A DNA stretch of 64,000 bases from Opitutales bacterium. GTDB taxonomy: Bacteria > Verrucomicrobiota > Verrucomicrobiia > Opitutales > PNEW01. The stretch covers positions 1,312,001 through 1,376,000 of the forward strand of contig CBDANS010000006.1 of NCBI GenBank assembly GCA_965197745.1, read 5' to 3'. A program made the position numbers and the translations under genes. The notes beneath the pieces were generated by a model that worked only from the letters and a program-made list of their open reading frames with translations, was not told where the DNA came from and did no database searches. Within the stretch, counting starts at the first letter, position 1, and the number at the start of each line of letters is the position of its first letter. Shown here one piece after another: positions 54,023 through 64,000 of the stretch.

Positions 54023-54685
54023 GCAGAGACACTTAATAAATTAAGGTTATAATAACCACTGTTTCGCGGAGAGCGCCTGAAAAGCTATAAGATCAATAAA
54101 TTAAAACCCTAAATTAAAAAACTCAGCGCCCTCAGCGGTGAACGACTACTATTCAGGAAGTTGATTCACTATACGTTTTATACCGCATTTTAATAAATGA
54201 GTGTTAAAGTTTATAATTAGACCGATATTAAAATTGGTTAATTTTAAATAAGTCAAAAGTTGGGCTTCGTGGATGGGTTGATTATATTCTACAGCTTTTA
54301 ATTCAAGTATTAACCTATCTTCTACAAGAATATCTATGCGATATCCTGCTTTTAACTTTAGCCCCTTATAATTGATGGGCAATTCTAACTGACGCTTAAA
54401 TGATATCTTTCTATTTTCTAATTCGTAAGCAAGGCACGTTTCATAAGCGGATTCTAATAAACCTGGTCCGAGCTGCTTATGAACATCAATAGAAGCACCA
54501 ATTACCGTTTCCGTTAACCCATCATCTTTATCAGTCATCTCCACATCCCCCATTCCTAATTACGGCAGAGACACTTAATAAATTAAGGTTATAATTACCA
54601 CTGTGTCGCGGAGAGCGCCTGAAAAGCTATAAAATCAATAAATTAAAACCCTAAATTAAAAAACTCAGCGACCTCAGCGGTGAAC
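54023..54685 (+). repeat. 121-bp direct repeats (54023-54143, 54565-54685) flanking the GxxExxY gene
   Basis: Manual alignment shows 4 mismatches in 121 bp. Confidence 0.93.
54149..54553 (-). CDS. GxxExxY protein (PD-(D/E)XK nuclease fold)
   Basis: VHKQLGPGLLESAYE, YRIDILVEDRLILELKAV, HEAQLLTYLK, GLIINF. Confidence 0.93.
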   Translation of the reverse strand: MGDVEMTDKDDGLTETVIGASIDVHKQLGPGLLESAYETCLAYELENRKISFKRQLELPINYKGLKLKAGYRIDILVEDRLILELKAVEYNQPIHEAQLLTYLKLTNFNIGLIINFNTHLLKCGIKRIVNQLPE

Positions 54686-54801
54686 ATAAATATTTACTTC
54701 CAAACCGTTGGTAACCCAGAGGAAAAGTAAATGAATCAAGAAAACCCACCCTAAATTAAAATCTCGGCGACCTCTGCGCCTCCGCGGTGAATCTTAAAAA
54801 T

Positions 54802-55887
54802 TCAACGTTTAATTCGGGCGCTGCCGCCTTTAGCGACGTGTTCTACTTCTTCCAGGGTTATTTGTGAAGTGTCTCCACCGGTGGATTGCAGAAGGGCACC
54901 GTGCGCTGCACTGAAATCCGCGATTTCCTGCGGCTCCATAGCGTTGAGAAAGCCGTAAGCGACACCGCTGGAGAATCCGTCACCGCCACCAACGCGATCT
55001 TCAATTTCAAGATCCTCAAATCGGGTCGATTCATAAAAACGGTCATCGTGCCAAAGAATTCCGCTCCAATTATTGATCAGTCCGCTTTTAACTTCGCGCA
55101 GAGTAGTACAGACGACTTTGACATTGGGGTAGGTGTCGACAACACGTTCAACCATCTTTTTAAAACCTTCAATGGGGAGTTCCTTTAAATTTTCATCCAC
55201 ACCTTCGACTTCAAATCCCAGTGCTTTTTGAAAATCTTCCTCATTGCCGATGAGCACATCCACATGGGGAGCGATACTGGTATTAGCGGCAATAGCTTCC
55301 TCTGAGCTCCACAACTTGGAGCGGAAATTGAGATCGTAGCTGACAACGGTACCGTTCTCGTGCGCCGCCGTCGCTGCTTCATTGACTATTTTTGCGCAGT
55401 GAGGACTGAGCGCGCTCATGATTCCACCCGTATGTAACCATCGGGTCTTCTGTTTTTCAAAAATATCCTTGTAATCAAAATCAGATGGATCCGCCAGGGA
55501 TATCGCGCTTTGGCCGCGATCATACATCGTCACTGAAGCGCGCACCCCGGTGCCCACTTCGGTAAAGTTGAGACCGACGCGGCCCGCGCGCCCGATACCG
55601 TCGTATTCTTCCATTATGACATTGGAGGTATCCATGCCAACGGCGCGGGCGTGGTTAATTAAGATTTTGCCTACAGGATTGTCGGGCAGTTTACTGACAA
55701 AACCCCCACGCAGTCCCAATCGTGATATGGCGTAGGCCACATTGTACTCACCGCCACCTGCCCAAACTTCCAGGGTTTGAGCATACTCCAGTCGACCGTG
55801 ACCACCGGGTGAAAGGCGAATCATGCATTCGCCGAGGGAGAGTAGATCGAACTTCGTTTCTGAGGAATCAAGCGTTTGAATGCTCAT
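54802..55887 (-). CDS. kdgK: PfkB family sugar kinase, 2-dehydro-3-deoxygluconokinase-like
   Basis: LGECMIRL, GGGEYNVA, SYDLNFRSKLW, DRVGGGDGF. Confidence 0.8.
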   Translation of the reverse strand: MSIQTLDSSETKFDLLSLGECMIRLSPGGHGRLEYAQTLEVWAGGGEYNVAYAISRLGLRGGFVSKLPDNPVGKILINHARAVGMDTSNVIMEEYDGIGRAGRVGLNFTEVGTGVRASVTMYDRGQSAISLADPSDFDYKDIFEKQKTRWLHTGGIMSALSPHCAKIVNEAATAAHENGTVVSYDLNFRSKLWSSEEAIAANTSIAPHVDVLIGNEEDFQKALGFEVEGVDENLKELPIEGFKKMVERVVDTYPNVKVVCTTLREVKSGLINNWSGILWHDDRFYESTRFEDLEIEDRVGGGDGFSSGVAYGFLNAMEPQEIADFSAAHGALLQSTGGDTSQITLEEVEHVAKGGSARIKR

Positions 55888-55914
55888 ATTTATTATATAT
55901 GTATAAAGTTTGAT

Positions 55915-57006
55915 TTATTCAGCCACTTTAAAATCATTTATCTTCCAGATGGGCAGGCTGCATTCCACAGCAACTTCATTAAAAGCTTCGATTTCATTTT
56001 CACTAAAGAGGAGGCCCCCGTTTTTCTCAGATCTTTCAGCCGCTTCGGCCTCAAGCTGTCCTGGGAACAGACAATGCTCATTTCCGTGGCCGAAGATGTC
56101 TTCAATCACCGCCTTAACATTTTCTCTTTGCGTGCGACCTTGTGCAAAAGCACCCGCGCTGAGCGCTTCGGGATGCATGACTTGAAAGAAAAAACAGGGG
56201 GTGTGTTTTTCTTCATCTTTGGCCCAGCGACTGCGCACCGTAGGGAGGCTCCCTCCAATTAAAGCAGCGATGAGCTCATCCATAAGGCATAGTCCGTAAC
56301 CCTTATGGTCCCCAAATGGGAGCATGGCTACTACTTTGGAAGGATCTGTAGTAACATTACCCTCACGATCAACGGCGGCGTTGGGTGGTAGAGGTTGACC
56401 TTCACGGTCGAGTTGTTGCATGCGACCGGTAGATATGACCGAAGTTGCCCAATCAATGACAATCGGAAAACCAATCACTTCGGTAGTGGGAAATCCCCAA
56501 CTATGTGGATTCGTTCCAAGCGTAGCCGCTTTACCCTTGAAGGGCACCACCTCAGCCAGTGCTGCGGTGCAATTAGTGTAAGCAATATAGCCCTTTTTCG
56601 CGACCTCCATGACATAACCGCCGCCCCATAAATAATGAAAAGCGTTATCAACGCTGACCATCCCGACGCCATACTTATCTGCCAGTTCAATACAGGTTTC
56701 CATCGCTTCGGAAGCGACGGCTTGCCCCAGTTTTTGATTGCAGTTCCATATTTCAGCAGCCGCAAAGCGTGAGGGCTTTTTTTCAATAACCGCTCCTGGT
56801 TTGCACCCATCAGACCCGCTTCCGTAATGGCGATCGAGATGTAAACCCTTAATCGCATCATGGGTGCGGATTCCATGGCGCGAAGCATTGGCGGCTACAC
56901 GGACGGCATGCTTAACTTCATCATCGGTATAACCACGTTTGAGATACGCGGCCTCAACTAACGCGTTATGGGTGCTTTCCGGAACGGCATAAAACTTTTC
57001 AAGCAT
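55915..57006 (-). CDS. Ldh_2 family (type 2 malate/L-lactate/sulfolactate dehydrogenase) oxidoreductase
   Basis: HGIRTH, NAFHY, LGTNPH, IDWATS, PFGDHKGYGL, FPGQLE; start at ATG 57006. Confidence 0.85.
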   Translation of the reverse strand: MLEKFYAVPESTHNALVEAAYLKRGYTDDEVKHAVRVAANASRHGIRTHDAIKGLHLDRHYGSGSDGCKPGAVIEKKPSRFAAAEIWNCNQKLGQAVASEAMETCIELADKYGVGMVSVDNAFHYLWGGGYVMEVAKKGYIAYTNCTAALAEVVPFKGKAATLGTNPHSWGFPTTEVIGFPIVIDWATSVISTGRMQQLDREGQPLPPNAAVDREGNVTTDPSKVVAMLPFGDHKGYGLCLMDELIAALIGGSLPTVRSRWAKDEEKHTPCFFFQVMHPEALSAGAFAQGRTQRENVKAVIEDIFGHGNEHCLFPGQLEAEAAERSEKNGGLLFSENEIEAFNEVAVECSLPIWKINDFKVAE

Positions 57007-57225
57007 ACTCAATTGCGGATTTTCGATTGCCAATTGTCGATTTAAATAGCCACAAAAAGCACAAAAAACACAAGATGAAATTAAGAACGAAGATATTTTT
57101 ACAGGGAGAGCGGGGAGGTCATAGAGAAATAATTCTGGAGGGACGGAGGATGGTCGGCCATAGCTCCGCATCTGCAAGAGCGACGGCTGATCGCGTCCGT
57201 GATGAAGTATTAATTGTCATTGCGA

Positions 57226-57480
57226 ATTGCGATTGAAGAGATTAACCGCAGAGACGCGAAGAACGCAGAGTTTAATACCGCAGATTAAACGAATTAAGCG
57301 GATAAGTAGATTAGAGGTAGATAAAGGGTTTCTCCTCTTTTTCTATGTTTTTTTAGCTATTTTATATTCGTGAATTTTATACTCTATACCTCTCCATCCG
57401 TATCAATCCGTGTAATTCGCGGTTAGAATGCTTTGAATCACCGCAGAGCATTGGAGCACGTAAAGTTAAAGGTATGAAAA
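57226..57480 (-). repeat. Inverted copy of the 51530-51925 composite spacer lacking the palindromic insert
   Basis: Reverse complement matches ~51530-51674 and ~51828-51925 with few substitutions. Confidence 0.88.
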
Positions 57481-58440
57481 TTATACATCATTAGCTTGGG
57501 CGAGAGGGGGTCTGCCTTCAAAGAAATTGATGAGATTTCTCGTAGCCATACCGGCCTGTCGCTGCACGCTCTGGAAGGTCCGCGATCCGATATGCGGAGT
57601 GATAATACAGTTTTTTGCTTTTAAAAGGGGGTGATCAGCTGGAGGTGGTTCACGATCGAGAACATCGGCGCCATAACCACCCACTTGATCATTGTCTAAG
57701 GCGCGGACCAGTGCGGCAGTGTCGATAAGTTCCCCTCGCGCGGTGTTAAGAATAATCACTCCCGGTTTCATTAAACCGATTTGCTCCGCATCGATCATGT
57801 GACGCGTGTGATCATTAAGTTTAGTATGAAGGCTGATAATATCCGCATTCGCAAAAAGCGCGTTTAAGGAATGACAACGTTCTATCGAGTGCTCTTTGCC
57901 AAAATCGTCATCCCAGTAATTACCATAAGCCATGACTTTCAGCCCAAATGCTTTTGCCCGTATCGCCACTTCCTTTCCGATCCTGCCGAGACCGACAATT
58001 CCCATCGTCTTCCCCATAATTTCGTTACCGGTGAGCCGTTTCCAGTCTCCCTCTCGGGTATAATTAGCTTCGGTCACAATTTTACGCTCCAGTCCCAAAA
58101 GGAGACCGAATGTATGTTCCGCCACGGTTGTGTGGTTAACGCCGGGAGTGAAGAGCACGGGTATCTTTTTCTCCGTGGCGTAAACGACATCAATCTTATC
58201 GAGACCAATACCGTATTTACTGATGACTTTAAGTTGAGGAAGAGATTTATCAATTACGGCACTTGTAATGGCATCATCGCCGCAGAGAAATCCATCAATG
58301 GTCCCGACACAATCCAGCATTTGTTTTTCAGTAAGCGGCCCGCGTTCGCGAACGATTTCAAAATTAGCATCTTCCAGCAATTGGTGATGTTCACCCGGAT
58401 TATCCTGGTAGGATGTTGTTGTGAGTAAGATACGTGGCAT
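57481..58440 (-). CDS. D-isomer-specific 2-hydroxyacid dehydrogenase (phosphoglycerate dehydrogenase-like)
   Basis: KYGIGLDKID, VAEH, GIVGLGRIG, NTARG, ITPHIGS; start at ATG 58440; no ACT domain. Confidence 0.88.
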   Translation of the reverse strand: MPRILLTTTSYQDNPGEHHQLLEDANFEIVRERGPLTEKQMLDCVGTIDGFLCGDDAITSAVIDKSLPQLKVISKYGIGLDKIDVVYATEKKIPVLFTPGVNHTTVAEHTFGLLLGLERKIVTEANYTREGDWKRLTGNEIMGKTMGIVGLGRIGKEVAIRAKAFGLKVMAYGNYWDDDFGKEHSIERCHSLNALFANADIISLHTKLNDHTRHMIDAEQIGLMKPGVIILNTARGELIDTAALVRALDNDQVGGYGADVLDREPPPADHPLLKAKNCIITPHIGSRTFQSVQRQAGMATRNLINFFEGRPPLAQANDV

Positions 58441-58444
58441 ATTT

Positions 58445-58503
58445 CGATTGTCGATCGATTGTCGATTGTCGATTGTCGATTGTCGATTGTCGATTGTCGA
58501 TTG
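58445..58503. repeat. Heptamer tandem repeat (CGATTGT)n
   Basis: Six perfect units at 58456-58497 plus flanking units. Confidence 0.92.
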
Positions 58504-58667
58504 AAGAATAGCTACAAAAAGCACAAAAGACACAAGAGAATTAAGGAAATGAATAGCTACCACCGGGTCCTGCAGCTGCGGTATGGGTTGCAGAATACAG
58601 GTCGAATCTAACGGATACGTTATGGTATATCAACCTCTGAACCCTGAACCCCGAACCCTATGATTTC

Positions 58668-60247
58668 TCACGACCGGGACAGTTGGCGGGGCAGTGAAAT
58701 GTCGGTCTGCATAATTTTATCTAATAGTTGAATGCGCAAATCATCACGTAAATTTTTATTTTTGGAGGTGTCCCAAAGATTGAAATATTCATCGGGATCT
58801 TCATGGAGATCAAATAGTTCACCGTATTCCTGCCCTGAATAGCAGGTCAAACGGTAGCGTTCGGTTACGAGGGTGCGCATTTTAAATCCCAGGTAATCTT
58901 CATCCATTTCTACCAGTGCGGTAGAGTCTGTCGATTTATCTGTTCCCGTAATTACCTGGACCAGGCTACGACCGGGCCAGGGCGATGGCGCATCTGGGGC
59001 TTCAGGAGATCGGGGTATATCACCCGCCGGAATAGGGACCCCCGCGATATCCAGTATGGTGGGAGCAAAATCGAGCAGACTGCAAACGCCATTGTGAACA
59101 GATCCCGCTTCGACTATACCGGGCCAGCATACAAGAAAAGGGACACGTATGACACCGTCGTAATGATAGGGTCCCTTGCCCCACATCCCGTGATCTCCAA
59201 GTGCTTCGCCATGATCGGCGAGAAAAATAACGACGGTATTATTCTCCAGTTTATTCGTCTTCAACGCATGCATGACGCGACCCACCTGATCATCCACGAG
59301 GTTGATAATGCCATAGTAATGTGTGCCGCGCATTCTGCGTAGTAAGGTGCCGTTGCGTTCATCGCCTGGGATTTGTTGCCGCTTGTCATAATGTCCTTTT
59401 CGGCCATGGCGCGAAAATGGGGAGGCAGATCATCTAATTCACCTTCTCTTGACAGAGGGGGTGGGACTTCCTCCGGGTCGTAGTTGTAGCAATAGGGAGC
59501 AGGTGGAGCAAAGGGGGAATGCGGGTCACCAAAACTGCACAGCGCACAGAAGGGTTGGGAATTATTTTTCTCTCCATAGTTGTTAAGGAAATCAATGGTG
59601 CGATCCGCGATATAAGTTGTGGGATGAAGTTCATGAGGCAGAGCCCATCTGTAAGATTGCCGGTTGAAAAGATCTTTGGCGGGGCTTGATTTTTCCAATT
59701 CCACGCGATCGTAAAACAGGTGCGCCTTGTCCGGATGCTCCGATTTAAGCCAGGCCTCATAGTGACCAACGGAACCGTGACCATGGCCGTTGCAAAGGTC
59801 TATATGCTGGAGGCCATAATAGGGGAGTGGGAGTTCTTTAATTATTCCCATGCGCCAAAGTTGTGAGCTCTCCGGATATTTTTTCGGATCTAATTTCTCT
59901 AAAGGAATGTCATTCGGAGTATTGCTGGAATTTAAATGTATTTTTCCCGAACAATAAGTCAGGTACCCATTTTGTCGCAGCGCTTCAGTAAAAGTGGGTA
60001 TGGATGGATTCAGGGGAATGCCGTTCATCCGTACCCCATGGCCGCGTGGAGTGAGCCCGGTAAAAAGAGAGGCGCGCGTTGGCATGCAAAGTGGTTGCGG
60101 GCTGTAAACGCGAGAGAAATTCATACCGCTTTTTGCCAGATTATCGATATGGGGCGTGCGAACGATTGGATGTCCCGCATAACCGAAGCAACGGGGATGC
60201 CATTGATCAGTGATGATGAACAGAAAATTCGGGCGTGCTTTTACCAT
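58668..60247 (-). pseudogene. Sulfatase (choline-sulfatase-like S1 family), frameshifted near 59325
   Basis: N-half: PNFLFIITDQ, LCMPTRASLFTG (CxPxR), GKIH, DPHSP; C-half: YYGII..DDQVG, ADHGE, ELFDL..DPDE. Confidence 0.85.
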
Positions 60248-60557
60248 TGTCGATTGCTAATTGAATAGATTTACCGCAGAGGCGCAGAGCACGCAAAGTT
60301 TATTTTAGAATTTTGGTATGGTACTTTTCATAATTAAATTTTCAGCACCGTCAGAACCTTATCGGTTTTCATTTGTTATTCGCCGTATAACCGCGGATAG
60401 CGCCGAGATAAAGTTGTGAAAAACAATAAAATAAAACCTTAAATTAAAATCTCAGCGCTCTCTGCGCCTCAGCGGTGAATTTTCTTAATACAATTGGCAA
60501 TCGAAAATCGTTTCAGGCTTTATATTGGATGATTAACAGGGTTTACTTAATAAGATT

Positions 60558-62873
60558 ATGATTAATTTTCATAAGTGGGTGTGTGTGCTTTTTTCCTGCG
60601 TGATCTTAATGATGGGCTGTGGGAAAAAAAATATCCCATCGCAAAGTGACATTGAGAGCACATTAGACATGGTTGAGCGCCTTGAGAAAATTGCCGAGCA
60701 CCCCGACAATAGGCTAAACGCTTATTATAATAATGTGAGGGTAGATTATCTCTTCCAGCTCCTAAAAGATGCGGAAGCGAAAGGAGATCCACCGCAAAGA
60801 TCCAAAGACTATGTAATTCTTAAATTTGAGTATGGCCGACAGTTGCTTCAGTCGGGTCATAGTGAAACAGCGATTAAGGTAATAGAAGAAGTACTGAATA
60901 CAATCGATGAGCATATAATCGTCCTTCAGGAATCGGAACTCAATGCCATACGTCTTACTCTCGCGGTGAGCTATATCCGGCTTGGTGAACAGGACAACTG
61001 TATTTCACTTCACAATCCGGACTCCTGTCTTTTCCCGATTACAAACGCGGGCGTCCACAAGCAGCAACGGGGTTCGCGGGGAGCCATTGAAATTTTAAAT
61101 GATTACCTGATGGTTAATCCCAAAGATTTGGAGGCCATCTGGCTGCTCAATCTCGCGTCCATGACGATAGGGGATTATCCGGACAAGCTTCCTTCGCTCT
61201 GGACCCTGCCACCCGAGTTGTTTGTCTCCGACTATGAAATGAAGCGGTTTTATGATAGGGCTCCTGATCTCGGTCTTGATGTCAATGCCCTGGCGGGTGG
61301 GAGTGTTCTTGAAGATTTCGATGGGGATAATCTGTTGGATGTTATGGTCTCATCGATGGGTGTTAAGGATCAGGTGAGATTGTTTAAAAATATCGGAGAT
61401 GGCACTTTTGATGAGAAAACAGAAGAAGCCGGTCTGATGGGACTGGTTGGCGGTTTAAATATGGTGCATGCCGATTATAATAACGATGGATTTACCGATG
61501 TTTTCATTTTACGTGGTGGGTGGTTCTCAGAATTTGGTGAACTGGGAAAAATCCCAAATTCGCTATTGCGCAACAATGGCAACGGCACTTTTTCAGATGT
61601 CACAGAGGCAGCGGGGATGCTGAGCTATTATCCAACACAGACAGCGGTTTGGTGGGATTATAATAATGACGGTTGGCTGGATCTTTTCATCGGTAACGAA
61701 ACCCTTAATGAGAACGAAGAAAACCCCTGTGAATTATACCGCAATAACCGCGATGGAACATTTACCGAATGCGCAAAAGATGTCGGAATAGCCGTTAGTA
61801 ATTTCGTGAAAGGCGCTGCGAGCGGGGATTATAACAATGACGGTCTCCCCGATCTTTTTTTATCTGTTTTTGGTGATGTGAACATCCTCTTCCGCAATGA
61901 TGGTCCTGATAAAGATTCAGCCCATGACCCCAACGCTTGGCAATTTACTCTACGCGGTAAAACTGCTGGCGTATCTGATCCGAAGTACAGTTTTCCTGCC
62001 TGGTTTTGGGACTATAATAATGACGGATGGGAAGATCTTTTTGTCTGTGGGTACCGGACTGATGGAGAGGGTTATCTGACTAATGGTGTGGGCGGTATTG
62101 TCGCCGATTATTTAAGTCAACCCCATAGCGCTGAAACAATGCGGCTCTATCGTAATAATGGCGATGGCACTTTTGATGACGTTTCAAAGTCAGTTAACCT
62201 GGATCATGTTGTCCTCGGAATGGGCTGTAATTACGGTGATATTGATAACGATGGATGGTTGGATTTTTATGTTGGAACGGGTAATCCTAGCTTTGGCATG
62301 CTTGTGCCCAACCGAATGTTCCGAAATGGGAATGGGATGATTTTTCAGGACGTCACTACATCAGGAGGGTTTGGGCATTTACAAAAAGGTCACGGTGTAT
62401 CGTTTGGCGATATAGACCATGATGGCGATCAGGATATATATGCTGTTATCGGGGGAGCTTTTACCGGAGATAATTATATGAATGTGCTATTTGAAAACCC
62501 CGGTAATGAAAACAGGTGGCTGAGTTTAAAACTCGTCGGTGCTTTCACCAACCGCGCAGCTTTGGGATCGCGAATTAAAATTCTGCTGACCACTGAAGAT
62601 GGCCGTAAACGGGAAATTCATCGCACCGTGAGTGCGGGTGGTAGTTTTGGCGCGTCACCCTTTCGGCAGGAGATCGGGTTGGGTAAGGCAAAATCAATTG
62701 ATGCCGTTGAAATTTTCTGGCCACACTCGGGGAAGTGGAAAGTCTATCGCGAGCTGGATATCAATACCAGTTACCAGATTGTTGAAAATAATAAGCGGCC
62801 TTTAAAACTGCCTCTAAATAAAATTACTTTTCAGAAAATTAATGATCGCCACCGGCATGCGGCGGATGGGTAA
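60558..62873 (+). CDS. CRTAC1-like FG-GAP/VCBS repeat lipoprotein with ASPIC/UnbV domain
   Basis: Lipobox MMGC; repeated DYNNDG..D motifs; C-terminal NRAALGSRI..GGSFG..EIGLG..VEIFWP. Confidence 0.88.
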   Translation: MINFHKWVCVLFSCVILMMGCGKKNIPSQSDIESTLDMVERLEKIAEHPDNRLNAYYNNVRVDYLFQLLKDAEAKGDPPQRSKDYVILKFEYGRQLLQSGHSETAIKVIEEVLNTIDEHIIVLQESELNAIRLTLAVSYIRLGEQDNCISLHNPDSCLFPITNAGVHKQQRGSRGAIEILNDYLMVNPKDLEAIWLLNLASMTIGDYPDKLPSLWTLPPELFVSDYEMKRFYDRAPDLGLDVNALAGGSVLEDFDGDNLLDVMVSSMGVKDQVRLFKNIGDGTFDEKTEEAGLMGLVGGLNMVHADYNNDGFTDVFILRGGWFSEFGELGKIPNSLLRNNGNGTFSDVTEAAGMLSYYPTQTAVWWDYNNDGWLDLFIGNETLNENEENPCELYRNNRDGTFTECAKDVGIAVSNFVKGAASGDYNNDGLPDLFLSVFGDVNILFRNDGPDKDSAHDPNAWQFTLRGKTAGVSDPKYSFPAWFWDYNNDGWEDLFVCGYRTDGEGYLTNGVGGIVADYLSQPHSAETMRLYRNNGDGTFDDVSKSVNLDHVVLGMGCNYGDIDNDGWLDFYVGTGNPSFGMLVPNRMFRNGNGMIFQDVTTSGGFGHLQKGHGVSFGDIDHDGDQDIYAVIGGAFTGDNYMNVLFENPGNENRWLSLKLVGAFTNRAALGSRIKILLTTEDGRKREIHRTVSAGGSFGASPFRQEIGLGKAKSIDAVEIFWPHSGKWKVYRELDINTSYQIVENNKRPLKLPLNKITFQKINDRHRHAADG

Positions 62874-62979
62874 CTGGATGACTCCCATTAGTAACCGGAA
62901 ACAATCCATCAACAGATAATTATAGTTAAGGCTATCGTTTGACAGGTATCTACGGCGCTATAATGTTTAGCCCTGATTT

Positions 62980-64000
62980 ATGATAATGATAAGAGCGCAA
63001 CATATTATTTGGCTGGTCATATTTTCCCTGTTCACCTCCCCGGTCCTCGTTGGGTCTGAGATGTCCGGTGTCGATAATACAGTCAGGGAACTTGAGAAGG
63101 AGCGCCAGCAATTAGATGAAACTATTTGGGCTAATGAAATATTGGCGCAGACTTATGAAAAATATTTCATCAGACTTTGGGATAAAATAAGGGTCAGCGA
63201 TGATAAACTTTCAGTCCTGGGTGAATTTAAATTCGGCAAGTTAAGCCTTGGGGAGAATTTTAATAAGAACGCATTGAAGTGGGGTATTTTGAGCTACCAA
63301 TTCAACGATAGGGGGAAAGTTTACAATCAGGAAGATTTGGCTTCGTGGTTGGAAGAGTTGAAGCTTCGCTATCGACTGATTCAGTCTGAATGGCACCATG
63401 CTAAATTTGAACCTTTTGATTCAAAAAAATATTCCGAGGTACAAGCAACCCTGCACGTAACTTCCCTCGATGATAAGGAGCGCTACATCCTGAAGGTCCT
63501 CTTAAAAGTGTCCTGGAGTGAAGATACGGACACACAAGGAAATTTTTATCCCCTGAAAATTGAAGCCACGGATTTAAATATCCTGCAGAGAAATGGGGAA
63601 CGGGTATTTTACGAGCGTCTCAGAGCGAAAAGCACGCTCGGGGACAATGCTTTTCGCAATGTTATCGTGTATGATTTAAATGGCGACGGCTTTTCTGAGA
63701 TTATTCTGCCCGAAGGAAATGTTGTCTACAGGAACAAGGGTAACTTTGAATTTGAAAGGGATTCTCTTTGTGAATATCCGACGAGGGGAATTGGCGTAAG
63801 CCTCATCGCAGACCTTACCGGTGACGGCCGACCGGATTTCCTCGCCATTGCCGAGGGGTTCCCGGTCCTCTATGAAATGGATGCGGAGGGAAGATATCGA
63901 TCAGTGGGGAACCCGATATTGGCAACCGTTGAGCCATTTAAAAATTCCTGGGCGATTGCCACTGGAGATATCAACCGTGATGGGTTGCTTGATCTTTGGA
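62980..64000 (+). CDS. Second FG-GAP/VCBS repeat secreted protein (runs off the right window edge)
   Basis: Manual translation: signal-like MIMIRAQHIIWLVIFSLF..; in-frame DLNGDGFSE, DLTGDGRPDF, GDINRDGLLDL. Confidence 0.8.
   Translation, partial: MIMIRAQHIIWLVIFSLFTSPVLVGSEMSGVDNTVRELEKERQQLDETIWANEILAQTYEKYFIRLWDKIRVSDDKLSVLGEFKFGKLSLGENFNKNALKWGILSYQFNDRGKVYNQEDLASWLEELKLRYRLIQSEWHHAKFEPFDSKKYSEVQATLHVTSLDDKERYILKVLLKVSWSEDTDTQGNFYPLKIEATDLNILQRNGERVFYERLRAKSTLGDNAFRNVIVYDLNGDGFSEIILPEGNVVYRNKGNFEFERDSLCEYPTRGIGVSLIADLTGDGRPDFLAIAEGFPVLYEMDAEGRYRSVGNPILATVEPFKNSWAIATGDINRDGLLDLW

Noticed and set aside
58441..58563. N-terminal extensions of the ORFs ending at 57481 and 55915 (STIDNRQ repeats, CVFCAFCG) and of ade (CLLCLLW)
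   Set aside because: All are translated intergenic repeat modules rather than protein sequence.

Overview
Bacterial chromosomal window, most consistent with a Verrucomicrobiota (Opitutia-like) genome. That placement is inferred from the PV-type microcompartment locus and the dnaK-groES-groEL gene order. Contents in order: a minus-strand catabolic cluster (1-6 kb); lnt; a Planctomycetes/Verrucomicrobia-type bacterial microcompartment operon (9.3-16.6 kb); tkt; dnaK-groES-groEL behind a sigma54-like promoter; metF, metX and metW; a cfa + FAD-oxidoreductase pair; tRNA-Phe; sugar-acid, sulfatase and FG-GAP genes. The most unusual content is intergenic, from about 33 to 60.5 kb, where spacers are built from nested heptamer, nonamer and palindromic repeat modules. 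These include a GxxExxY nuclease-fold gene exactly bracketed by 121-bp direct repeats, an M48 peptidase gene bracketed by 62-bp direct repeats, and a ~155-bp palindromic element. The element occurs twice with fully compensated stems, in opposite internal orientation, and is absent from homologous 'empty' sites. Three genes are interrupted by single lesions. All calls come from reading the sequence; no database searches were run.
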